A stretch of DNA of 64,000 nt from Naegleria gruberi. Its lineage: Eukaryota. Below the pieces are notes generated by a model. The model searched no databases and was not told where the DNA came from. It saw only the letters and a list, made by a program, of their open reading frames with translations. Below, piece by piece: positions 1 through 9,073 of this stretch (positions within the stretch are counted from its first letter, which is position 1; each line of letters opens with the position of its first letter). A program made the translations under genes and the position numbers. The stretch lies in the NCBI GenBank assembly GCA_000004985.1, contig GG738850.1. The stretch is one strand, 5' to 3'.

Positions 1-186
1 CCAGAAAAGAATACATCTCCAGCTGCTTCAATATTCTCCGAATTCATACCCACCAACATTTTAAAAGCAAAACTCCACAAACGAAACACAGGTGCAATAA
101 TCACAAAAATTCTTGCGATCACATTAGAGTACTACGAAAAAAACTCAACATTTAAATTACTAGATACTTGGAAGGGAAAATTACTA

Positions 187-3100
187 ATGTATGAAGAAAT
201 ACCTTTCCTTATTACAAAGGATTTGAAAAGGCTATTTGAAACTATGAGGAGGTTTATGATGAGCAGAAATAATGGTTCAAATGGTGTGAAAGAAAAAGTA
301 TCCAAGACAGCCATGAAATATCTTTACAATTTATTTGACAGAAACTTACTCAATTTGAATTGGATGAAATTATCTGAGGCTAATGACCAAATACTGAACT
401 ATATTACATCAAATGGTATTCCAGATGAACTGCCCCATATGTTAACATTAGATTTCCTTATTGTAAAAGAAGGAGAGGCTGCTTCTATAATGAATTTAAA
501 ACGAATTTTCTCAGAGAGAACTGATAAGGAAGAAGACATCAAACACTCCGTGTCTTCAGCTGCTCAGTATTTTTTACGTATTATGCATTTTTATCACTGC
601 TGGATTGATAGAAACCACGATGTAAACAATTTCGTTCGTCATCATAACTTGAGTAGATTTAATTTCATCAAAGATTTCTTTATTTTGTCAACAGAAATGG
701 TTCAGAATTTGAATTCAAAAAATTTATCTTTGGCTTTTATTGTACATGATCTGCGTTATTTTGAATGCTTGAAAGTCATACCACAGGTTCTGGAACGTTA
801 TAGAACTACATATTATAATGACATTGAATCAGACTTATGGGTTGAAATGGAGAACTCTACACGTGCTTATATGGAAAAAGTTTCATCAGTGCATGAGGAT
901 TTGATTTCGCATATGCAACCTGTTCAAATTAATATCGCTTTTGGTTTATTGAACAGTCCAATTCAATTACCAGCAGACTGGAAATTTAGGTCAATGAGCC
1001 TTCATTTGGGAAAGGTTAAAAAAAGTATTCAAGATATTGACACCAGCAGCACAAGTGAATTATTCGAGAAGATGAGCATTTCAGATTGTTCTGATTCAAA
1101 AGATAGTTTTTGTTCTAGCTTTCAGGAAGATCCATCTACAATGTTTTCAAGAATCTTCCCAGAAGACACACGAACTATTGAGCATATTGATCAAATTTAT
1201 TTTGAAATGTTTCTACACGACTACTACAGAGAAGAAAAGTATCCTTGGATTGAAAATCTTTGCAATGATCATGGCAAGAGACAAATCATTCTCTTTTCAT
1301 TGTGCTCTGTTTTGAGGATTTTATTCTTGCACTGTAGCCCAACTTCTACAGATACATTGCGTAGAATACATCAAGAAGTAGAAAACACAATTTCATACAA
1401 GAAAAATACTAACGACTACAACTCAGTCAGCCCTAAGGATTTGAAGAACCTTTTGAAAGATGTTTTACAACACACAGACCAATTAATGCAAATTTCTACA
1501 CTTAACGGCTACTACAAAACAATAGAAGAGGGACATACAATAGAGTATTACGCCCAGGAGAATGATGTATTCGAGGCCATTTTCCAAAAGAAAAATCATT
1601 TTACCGAAATGTTTAGACTTACGAGTTTGGCTCATTCATTTTCAAGACATCTCGATTATCTGTTGGATGAAAATATTAGAACAATTAACGCTCATGTTTT
1701 TTTAGGGTTTCCCCACAGAGACGTTTCGTTGGTGTTCAACTTAGAGTCTTGTGGTATTGAGGTTTTCCAGAGTATTATTTTCAAGCTTTTGAACATTCAT
1801 GCCAGATATACAAATGCTCACACAGAAAACAAGATTAGAGAGATAATTCAAAAATTGAATAGCCCATATTATAGAAACATTGTGATGAGGTGTGTAATGG
1901 AGGCTGCTGTACGAATTTATTTTGATAGAATGACTGGTGACCAAGAGATGTTTAAAAATAGTATGACAAGTCTGTCTAAATCCCAAGACAGCATGCTATG
2001 GTTTTATGAAGATATTTTAAATACTGGCCTCAAGGATTCTAGCATGACTAGTGCATTAATATCCCATGCAATAACAACTTTAAAGAGCTATTTTACAGAG
2101 CCAGGTAGAAGACTATCTTTTGACAGTAGATTGATTATTCTCTCAAACCCTAGTATATTTTCTTCCAAAGAGTGTGCAAAAGTAATAGCAAGTAGGCCTG
2201 ATATTATGGAGCTACTACTTCATCACAAGGTTGATTATTCCTCAGATTCTTTATTATATTACATGTTCAGATCTAGTATCCTCAAGTTGGCATATGAGCA
2301 TTCATTGGTTAATCCAGATATTTTAATTAATAATACTGATTATAGTACTACATTCAAGATGATTTTGGAACAGGGGCTTCGACAATTCAACCCAAATGAT
2401 ACTCAAGATTTCAACTCGTACTATGATGTCATTGCAACTTACTTTAGATCAGCAGCCAAGCAATCAGCACAAGAAATTCTATGGGGTAATATTATTGAAA
2501 GTACAGACAATATGTTGCTTTACCTTGCAAGATACTGGATTCTGCAAAAGCACCCAGAAATTTTAATAAGGAAAGAATTAAGAGAATTTACACTACCTTT
2601 ATCTGAAGTTATTGTTTACAAAGCTGATTACTACAGAAGGGATGTATTAAGTCCTCATTTGGGCAGTATAGTATTAGAGCTCATTAGTGACTTGTCGTCA
2701 GACAAGAATCTACCTCTAAAACCTACCACTTGGTTAATTGGTGCCGTAGAGGGTCTTTCTGAAAATTCAAATATTAATCAAGAGATTTTCTTTGATTTGT
2801 TTAAAGCTAGTATTAACAGATTGGCTAACAATGAAACCTATGTTGATTTGTTAGTATTGCTGTGCAGATTTTTAATCAAACGCTCAAACACTTGGGAGAC
2901 ATACCTTGGGCAAGTTGCTCAACAATTACAAAACTCACAACTTCAACATGATTTAGATAGGTTACGCCAAAAACTAGAAAATTCAAACATCAAAAACACA
3001 AGTATTACTCTGCACAAGTATTGCTTTGATCTATTCCAAATGGTTTGCATAGCCACAAGGAAAGTTACATTTTCAGATGCAGTTGATCTCTTGAATCAAA

Positions 3101-4368
3101 ATAGCCTCTCATTATCATCATCAAATTTATTTGATAGTAATGGAGAAACTACATTTTTCAAGACCTTTAATATGTTAATCCAAATCCTTAAATCTAACCT
3201 GAATTCCAGTTCTTCCATCTCTACCTTCTCCGAAACCTATTCAAATGTTCTTAAATATCCTTCTTCAGTAGCAATGAGGAATTTAAACACCTCTTCCCTG
3301 ATGCCATATTGTAAATATATACAACTCTTACTTGAATCTCCACTAGCATCATCAATCATAAGAAATACCAACTTTTCCCTTTTCTATTGTTCCAACTCCA
3401 ACTCTAAATTATTGCTAACTCCATGCATTAAGAATACTATTCCACTTGGCGAAAAGAAAAAAGCTTTGGTGGCTGAATTGAACATTTTTGCTGGTAAAAA
3501 TCAAGGAATCAGTTGCACTTCTGGCTCTCTATTCTTGTCTAAACCAGTTGTGACCAAGAGAACAGTTCCTTTAAATTACCAACAATTCCTAAGTAATCCT
3601 ATCACTGTATTTAGACAAAACATTAGCAATATGAAGTATACTCATACAGATGACTATTCCTACATGTTAGAAGTTGAAGGACTGTTTGATGATAACACTA
3701 GACACGGTATAGCGAATATTATTATTTTCAACCAAGTATGTGAACGTCTTCAACGTATTCTTCCAACTCTTGTCCTTCAATCAGATATAACTTCTTGTTA
3801 CTTTGTTATGGGTTGTTTACTTGGATCAAGTCTTCTTTGCAAATATTATTTGGGTCCACTCAATATAGACCAAGAAATACTGCAGTCATTTGTTGATGGA
3901 GTTAGTATTCCACAAGGATCACCCAAGTTTGAGATGGCTAACAGTTTTGTAACAGGTTTGAGAAGTGTGTTAGGAGATGATTTGGCTAATTTCCTTAAAG
4001 TATTTACAGCACAAGAGCTTATTTCTCTTACTTGTGATTGTAACACTATTTCATCCTTGGTTAATGAACTTCTTCATCAATATGTCGAAAGAGATGGAGA
4101 TGTCAATGAGGAAACATCAAAGCAATTTTTAAACTTGTTGGGAACTCTTTTGAAAGAAGATATATTTGTGGCAACATTATTATTAAATTATTTGGACGCT
4201 ATTGTTGCAGGTATGGAGGGCAGAAGATCATTCTCTTTGAATATTATCCCTCATGATTACAAAACTCTTCAAATCAATAGATCACACAAAACTGTTGACA
4301 TTTCAGTTTGCTATACAAAGGAAGAATTGAAACATATGATATTGACTGGTGTAAGAATTCAAAAATAA
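187..4368 (+). CDS. Large hypothetical protein (1393 aa) with no recognisable domain. The 5' end may continue upstream of the window.
   Basis: Uninterrupted 4.2-kb ORF starting at a real ATG (atgtatgaagaa). Composition is not low-complexity. Codon bias matches the other genes here. tRNA-Phe lies 120 bp downstream. Confidence 0.5.
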   Translation: MYEEIPFLITKDLKRLFETMRRFMMSRNNGSNGVKEKVSKTAMKYLYNLFDRNLLNLNWMKLSEANDQILNYITSNGIPDELPHMLTLDFLIVKEGEAASIMNLKRIFSERTDKEEDIKHSVSSAAQYFLRIMHFYHCWIDRNHDVNNFVRHHNLSRFNFIKDFFILSTEMVQNLNSKNLSLAFIVHDLRYFECLKVIPQVLERYRTTYYNDIESDLWVEMENSTRAYMEKVSSVHEDLISHMQPVQINIAFGLLNSPIQLPADWKFRSMSLHLGKVKKSIQDIDTSSTSELFEKMSISDCSDSKDSFCSSFQEDPSTMFSRIFPEDTRTIEHIDQIYFEMFLHDYYREEKYPWIENLCNDHGKRQIILFSLCSVLRILFLHCSPTSTDTLRRIHQEVENTISYKKNTNDYNSVSPKDLKNLLKDVLQHTDQLMQISTLNGYYKTIEEGHTIEYYAQENDVFEAIFQKKNHFTEMFRLTSLAHSFSRHLDYLLDENIRTINAHVFLGFPHRDVSLVFNLESCGIEVFQSIIFKLLNIHARYTNAHTENKIREIIQKLNSPYYRNIVMRCVMEAAVRIYFDRMTGDQEMFKNSMTSLSKSQDSMLWFYEDILNTGLKDSSMTSALISHAITTLKSYFTEPGRRLSFDSRLIILSNPSIFSSKECAKVIASRPDIMELLLHHKVDYSSDSLLYYMFRSSILKLAYEHSLVNPDILINNTDYSTTFKMILEQGLRQFNPNDTQDFNSYYDVIATYFRSAAKQSAQEILWGNIIESTDNMLLYLARYWILQKHPEILIRKELREFTLPLSEVIVYKADYYRRDVLSPHLGSIVLELISDLSSDKNLPLKPTTWLIGAVEGLSENSNINQEIFFDLFKASINRLANNETYVDLLVLLCRFLIKRSNTWETYLGQVAQQLQNSQLQHDLDRLRQKLENSNIKNTSITLHKYCFDLFQMVCIATRKVTFSDAVDLLNQNSLSLSSSNLFDSNGETTFFKTFNMLIQILKSNLNSSSSISTFSETYSNVLKYPSSVAMRNLNTSSLMPYCKYIQLLLESPLASSIIRNTNFSLFYCSNSNSKLLLTPCIKNTIPLGEKKKALVAELNIFAGKNQGISCTSGSLFLSKPVVTKRTVPLNYQQFLSNPITVFRQNISNMKYTHTDDYSYMLEVEGLFDDNTRHGIANIIIFNQVCERLQRILPTLVLQSDITSCYFVMGCLLGSSLLCKYYLGPLNIDQEILQSFVDGVSIPQGSPKFEMANSFVTGLRSVLGDDLANFLKVFTAQELISLTCDCNTISSLVNELLHQYVERDGDVNEETSKQFLNLLGTLLKEDIFVATLLLNYLDAIVAGMEGRRSFSLNIIPHDYKTLQINRSHKTVDISVCYTKEELKHMILTGVRIQK

Positions 4369-4489
4369 ATTACTACAAATCCAAACAAGATGGAATCATG
4401 GTAAATGACACATTAGGTGCATATTTGATTGGAAAAAGGAGTGTTGCAAATTAGTGTTATGTATGAATCTCGAAAGGTAGTGCCAAGAA

Positions 4490-4562
4490 GCCGACATAGC
4501 TCAGTTGGGAGAGCGTAAGACTGAAGATCTTAAGGTCCCTGGTTCGATCCCTGGTGTCGGCA
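4490..4562 (+). tRNA. tRNA-Phe (anticodon GAA)
   Basis: 73-nt cloverleaf GCCGACATAGCTCAGTTGGGAGAGCGTAAGACTGAAGATCTTAAGGTCCCTGGTTCGATCCCTGGTGTCGGCA. The acceptor GCCGACA pairs with TGTCGGC. Anticodon loop is CTGAAGA, T-loop is GGTTCGATCC, there is no encoded CCA, and a T-run follows. Confidence 0.9.
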
Positions 4563-4583
4563 AATTTTTATTTTTACAGTTTA

Positions 4584-5444
4584 TTATTGGTACTTGTGCT
4601 TTCTGTTTCTAACAAAATGAAAGAAATCAATACTAAATATCGAAATTCTCCAAGCATGTTGTCTATAAAACTTTTCCACGTTCTTATTTTCCTTAAACAA
4701 CTTTCTGTAATCTTCCCTTTCCAGCACTAATCGATATGATTTTTCATTAGGATATTGACTTTCGAATAATGGACAGAAGTAATTAAATACCTCATCTCTA
4801 TTACAGAATACTTTGAGAATGACATATTCTTTTGATCTCCATGAGACTTTGAACTCTTCCCAGTTGCCAGTCACTACTCCTCGATATTTGTGTAGAAAAT
4901 CATTTTGTGAGATTAGGCTGAATGTAGTTGAGCTGTGGTTGGTATGTTGTGCCTTCTCTTTCTTTTTAGGTGGGTTTAATTGATCGTTATCTGCAGTTGA
5001 AAGGATTTCGAATTTACGTTTCTTCAATGTTTGATTTTCCTCAACTAATTGACGTAACATTGTACTTTGAGTATTTAGTTTGGTTTCTAATAAACCAATC
5101 CTAGAGTTTAAAATGTCAATATGTGAATCATTTGCATTTCTATCATGTTGTTGTGCATTCGATAATGTACAGTTAGTTTGGTAAAATATTGGTGCAACGT
5201 TATTATATGCATGCAACATTTCGTTTCTTCCTTCGTATCCACTTGACATGCAAGCTCCATTGTGACACATGTTGAAAGTTGAATTAGGAACCACATGCTG
5301 AGCATGTCCATAATTGTGGCTATTCGAAACTGAATTATTTCCAATAAATTCACTAAAGCTTGGCAAAGTAAAGTTTTGCATTCGAATTCCTCCAACAAAA
5401 TCGTAATATACTAAACCCTCTTGTGTGTATTGTTTCGTTTGCAT
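4584..5444 (-). CDS. Hypothetical protein (286 aa) with a central coiled-coil segment
   Basis: ORF with an ATG start. It has a heptad-like stretch LNSRIGLLETKLNTQSTMLRQLVEENQTLKKRK. It is divergent from the 5963 gene across a ~520-bp intergenic region. Confidence 0.4.
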   Translation of the reverse strand: MQTKQYTQEGLVYYDFVGGIRMQNFTLPSFSEFIGNNSVSNSHNYGHAQHVVPNSTFNMCHNGACMSSGYEGRNEMLHAYNNVAPIFYQTNCTLSNAQQHDRNANDSHIDILNSRIGLLETKLNTQSTMLRQLVEENQTLKKRKFEILSTADNDQLNPPKKKEKAQHTNHSSTTFSLISQNDFLHKYRGVVTGNWEEFKVSWRSKEYVILKVFCNRDEVFNYFCPLFESQYPNEKSYRLVLEREDYRKLFKENKNVEKFYRQHAWRISIFSIDFFHFVRNRKHKYQ

Positions 5445-5962
5445 GGTTTGATTTTTTTAAAAGGTTTTTGATATTTGTAAAATTGACAAAAACAGTTTCT
5501 GATAACTTTGCTTTCGGTCAGTCGGCAACACTGTGCGAAAACACGAAGGAATTTGCTTCATGATTTACTGGGCAACTACTTGTCAACAACATTCTTCATT
5601 AGGATTGTGTAAATTCTTGCAAGTTAATCAATTAGGAAATATAAACTTGTTATGTTAGTTTTGAGAGAATTGGAGGAATTCCTCCAATATTTAACATTTC
5701 CATTTCTAAGATATGAGACAGTGGTTAAGCAGGTAGCAATTTCATGAAGAAATTGTTGTTTTCATTCGATTCGCAACATTGTGTGAGACACAGAGCTGTA
5801 GTTGATTGCAACAGAATGTCTCAGAGTCAAGTTGCTGCCTTATTAATGCATGTCTTAATCATGTGGTTTATAATCTTTTTTTAATATATGGAGCTTAATA
5901 AAGTAGACGAATATGCATGGAAAAGGAAATGAAAAACTATTAAATTTAATTTATAAAAAAAA

Positions 5963-6784
5963 ATGTCAATGTTTATACAGAGTTTCCTCGTTCAGAGTCT
6001 TCTTTATCCACTCCGAAGAACACAATGGATTGAGCAATCGAATATTGATCATGATCAATTAAATAATTTAAATAATTTAAATAAGAATGATGAAATTCCA
6101 ATGATGGTCATTCTCTTGCAAAAACTAGGATCATCTGCATCACCATCACCACGATCATCATTATCAGTACTACCTGATGAAGCTGCTGAATTATTTAATT
6201 TATATCATGGTTATACAATGTTTGCTGTTGGACATGGATTGAAAGCCTTGTTGATGAAATTCTCGATGGGTCATCAGATGGCAACAATTATTACTCATCC
6301 GATCATGGTGGGTATTCATAGGGTTGGATGTGATCTTTCCAATACTAGAGAATGGAAAGAAGAATTGGGAAAGGTTATTACTTTGAATGGAATGTTTGGA
6401 GGATTATTTAGAGGAATTATTCCACAATTAATTGCTAATTATTTGGTGAATATTGTGAATAGAAGTAATGTTTTTAATGGATTGGTGATTCCTGGAATTT
6501 CTTATTATCCTTTTCTTGGGGAAATTTTCCCATTTGTGAAGAGAGTAATGATTGGAGTGGCTGCTGGTTTAGTTAGCTATCCATTTACAACTTTATCTTT
6601 GAGAATGCAAATGAATCCTGAAGTGGCAATGGGTGATATTATTTCAGAAATGACCAATGAAGGAATATCTGGAATATATGCTGGATTTTCCACTCATCTT
6701 GTTGCTAATATTCTCACTGCAGTTTTACACAAATTCTTGGATTTGGTTATTAGAAAACCACTCAAGACACAGAGATACTATTAA
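5963..6784 (+). CDS. Hypothetical protein (273 aa), possibly a degenerate mitochondrial-carrier-like fold
   Basis: Real ATG (aaaaaaatgtcaatg). Weak P-x-x-x-x-x-R-x-Q-like motifs (HPIMVGIHRV, YPFTTLSLRMQM) resemble decayed SLC25 signatures. Weak call. Confidence 0.3.
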   Translation: MSMFIQSFLVQSLLYPLRRTQWIEQSNIDHDQLNNLNNLNKNDEIPMMVILLQKLGSSASPSPRSSLSVLPDEAAELFNLYHGYTMFAVGHGLKALLMKFSMGHQMATIITHPIMVGIHRVGCDLSNTREWKEELGKVITLNGMFGGLFRGIIPQLIANYLVNIVNRSNVFNGLVIPGISYYPFLGEIFPFVKRVMIGVAAGLVSYPFTTLSLRMQMNPEVAMGDIISEMTNEGISGIYAGFSTHLVANILTAVLHKFLDLVIRKPLKTQRYY

Positions 6785-6959
6785 TTATTAGTATTATTAG
6801 TTTTGTATGAATTGTAATCCATTAAACGAAAGCATTTCACTATTGGATCGTTTGATGGATACGAGGTGCCAGTTTTTCTTTTTCAGCACCAAGTTTTGAA
6901 TTAATAGAGTATTGTAACTACTTGCCAAATTAAGGTGAAATACAGTATTTACTGTATTA

Positions 6960-8141
6960 ATGAAACAGGAAATATTGATTCAATTAATATATATTATTAA
7001 CAAACACAAAAGAAATAGGCCCTCCAATAGCTCACTGTACAAACCTTCTTCATACAGCATTCACATGACGAATCAAGCTGCATCAACTTCCCTTAATAAG
7101 TCTGCAATGTTGAACACAAATTCCATCATGTCAATAATGAATCAAACACAACATTATCATTCATTGGCCGATCAGACTCTTGCTGGGAATGCTGCTTCTG
7201 AATTATTGACCAATAATAATAATATTCAACATTCCCAACAACAGAATGAAATCATGTCCGATGATGAATATAAACTCTTCATGTTGGAAATGAAGGATCT
7301 TCATCATATCATGAAGGATATGAATACCATTGGTGATGAGAGGGAGAATGCTAGTGAAGAGTGGTGGAATTCATTGGCTCTTAATATTCCTGGACCTTCC
7401 GAATCATCAATATCTTCATCTCCTAAGCAATCTTCCAATACTAACAATAATACAAGTATTAGTAGCAATAATAGTAATACTAATGAGGGTTTAAATATGA
7501 GCCTAATTAAAGCCTTTAACGATGAAAACCTTAATTTAAATAATAGCAATGATATTAATAATAGTAGTAAACGTGATGACGATTCCGATGATGAAGATGA
7601 TGAAGAGAACGAGGATGAATTATTAACTTTATCATCATTGGCAAAATTAAGGAAATTAATTCCCAGAATTCCAAAACTTATTCCACCCGATGAACATGGT
7701 GCAGAAAGATCGTCTTCCACCTTAAACATGCTCAATTTAACTTCTCCAAAGAAATCAAGTAATAATAGTAGAGGAATAGTCTCATTAACATCCGAAACTG
7801 AAAACTTGTTAAAATCTCCAAAACAGCAATTAGATTCTAAGAGGACAGATTTGTCTATACTTTTAGATAATGAACCTGGTGATCATTTTAATGTGTTTAG
7901 TTTATCAAATTCGCCCAAAAAGAGCACAACCTCGAAACGAAACTTTGACAATACATTAGAAACTTTGAGTAAGGTGTATAGTCCAAAGCAGAATAATATC
8001 AACTTGGAAACTATAACAATACCCAAGAAGGAATATGAGGATTTAAAAACTGAAAATGTTATCCTTCAGGGAAGATTAATTCAAATGGAACTAGTTCATG
8101 AAAAACTGTTACAAATGATATTAAACAATAAATCGAATTAG
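6960..8141 (+). CDS. Low-complexity N/S/D-rich hypothetical protein (~393 aa). True start uncertain.
   Basis: Long ORF with poly-N/S tracts, an acidic run DDDSDDEDDEENEDE, and a coiled-coil-like C-terminus. tRNA-Ser lies immediately downstream on the opposite strand. Confidence 0.35.
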   Translation: MKQEILIQLIYIINKHKRNRPSNSSLYKPSSYSIHMTNQAASTSLNKSAMLNTNSIMSIMNQTQHYHSLADQTLAGNAASELLTNNNNIQHSQQQNEIMSDDEYKLFMLEMKDLHHIMKDMNTIGDERENASEEWWNSLALNIPGPSESSISSSPKQSSNTNNNTSISSNNSNTNEGLNMSLIKAFNDENLNLNNSNDINNSSKRDDDSDDEDDEENEDELLTLSSLAKLRKLIPRIPKLIPPDEHGAERSSSTLNMLNLTSPKKSSNNSRGIVSLTSETENLLKSPKQQLDSKRTDLSILLDNEPGDHFNVFSLSNSPKKSTTSKRNFDNTLETLSKVYSPKQNNINLETITIPKKEYEDLKTENVILQGRLIQMELVHEKLLQMILNNKSN

Positions 8142-8227
8142 TTAACATTTGAATAGGTTGAAACAATAACAACCATAAATACTACTGTTAAATGATATTG
8201 GCAACTTGATTTTGAATGTAAAATGAT

Positions 8228-8308
8228 CGCGGTCTACAGGACTCGAACCTGTGCGGGTCTCCCCAATTGATTTCTAGTCAATCACCTTAACCACTCGGTC
8301 AAGACCGC
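8228..8308 (-). tRNA. tRNA-Ser (anticodon AGA), long variable arm
   Basis: The reverse complement reads GCGGTCTTGACCGAGTGGTTAAGGTGATTGACTAGAAATCAATTGGGGAGACCCGCACAGGTTCGAGTCCTGTAGACCGCG (81 nt). It aligns position-for-position with canonical eukaryotic tRNA-Ser(AGA): D-arm GCCGAGTGGTTAAGG, anticodon stem-loop ATTGA-CTAGAAA-TCAAT, long variable arm. Confidence 0.85.
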
Positions 8309-8640
8309 TTCTCCTTAATGGAGAGCTTTACAAAAAATTGCATAATTCCCTCTTTTAACAGTACATTCTATAAATTCAATTCCAATATCACCAATAGGAT
8401 TGCGATTAATGTTGAGAATTTTCAATTTGGCAAGCTTACTCAATACTCGCCCTTCAAACTTGTTAAACTTTGTAAAGTGTTAATATTAATGACTCCACCA
8501 TTAACATTAGTATTTATATCAATAATCTATAGAAGGCAACAACAAAATATAAATCATTCATTGTATAAAATATACAACTCGTAATAGCAATATTGTAATG
8601 AAGAATATTTTTCCTCAGATTCACATAAGTTTCATAATTT

Positions 8641-9057
8641 TCAGAATTGGACACTGACTCGAATTCTGTCAAACTGTGTTGCCTTGTGAGAATACCCAGG
8701 ATCAATTCCAACGTTATATTTCATGGGTTGATAGTGTGCAACAAGTACCAACCTAATTTCATTAAGAACTACATGAGTAAGATGTGAACATTCTAACTCG
8801 AAAGAAAAATTAAACTTTCCCTGATTGACCAGTTCTGGAATTTCCTTGTTCACCCTTTCCACAATCTTTAATATTAATTCCGAGTGTTTTTCGAATAAAC
8901 TGCGAATTGTTTCTTGATGTGCAACTGAGCCATCAAATGGTGGTTTAGGTAAATTCAATTCCTCAATTTTTTGAACATCCAATTCTTTTGATTTTTTAAA
9001 ATTATTCAAAACAGCGAGTTGAATAATAATAATAATTGACAGAAGTAAATCTTTCAT
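8641..9057 (-). CDS. Small secreted hypothetical protein (138 aa)
   Basis: Real ATG at 9057. N-terminal hydrophobic signal-like segment LLLSIIIIIQLAVL. Head-to-head with the BTB gene. Confidence 0.4.
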   Translation of the reverse strand: MKDLLLSIIIIIQLAVLNNFKKSKELDVQKIEELNLPKPPFDGSVAHQETIRSLFEKHSELILKIVERVNKEIPELVNQGKFNFSFELECSHLTHVVLNEIRLVLVAHYQPMKYNVGIDPGYSHKATQFDRIRVSVQF

Positions 9058-9073
9058 GTTTTTTAATTATTAA

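Noticed and set aside
132-314. 60-aa minus-strand ORF overlapping the start of the 1393-aa gene
   Set aside because: It is short and antisense to a strong ATG-initiated long ORF. It has no features.
7304-7735. 143-aa antisense ORF inside the N/S/D-rich gene, plus many other internal antisense ORFs (for example 1741..1986, 3846..4046, 12674..12985, 13849..14148, 30358..30609)
   Set aside because: They lie opposite long sense ORFs with clear domains or in low-complexity sequence. The open frames are there by chance.
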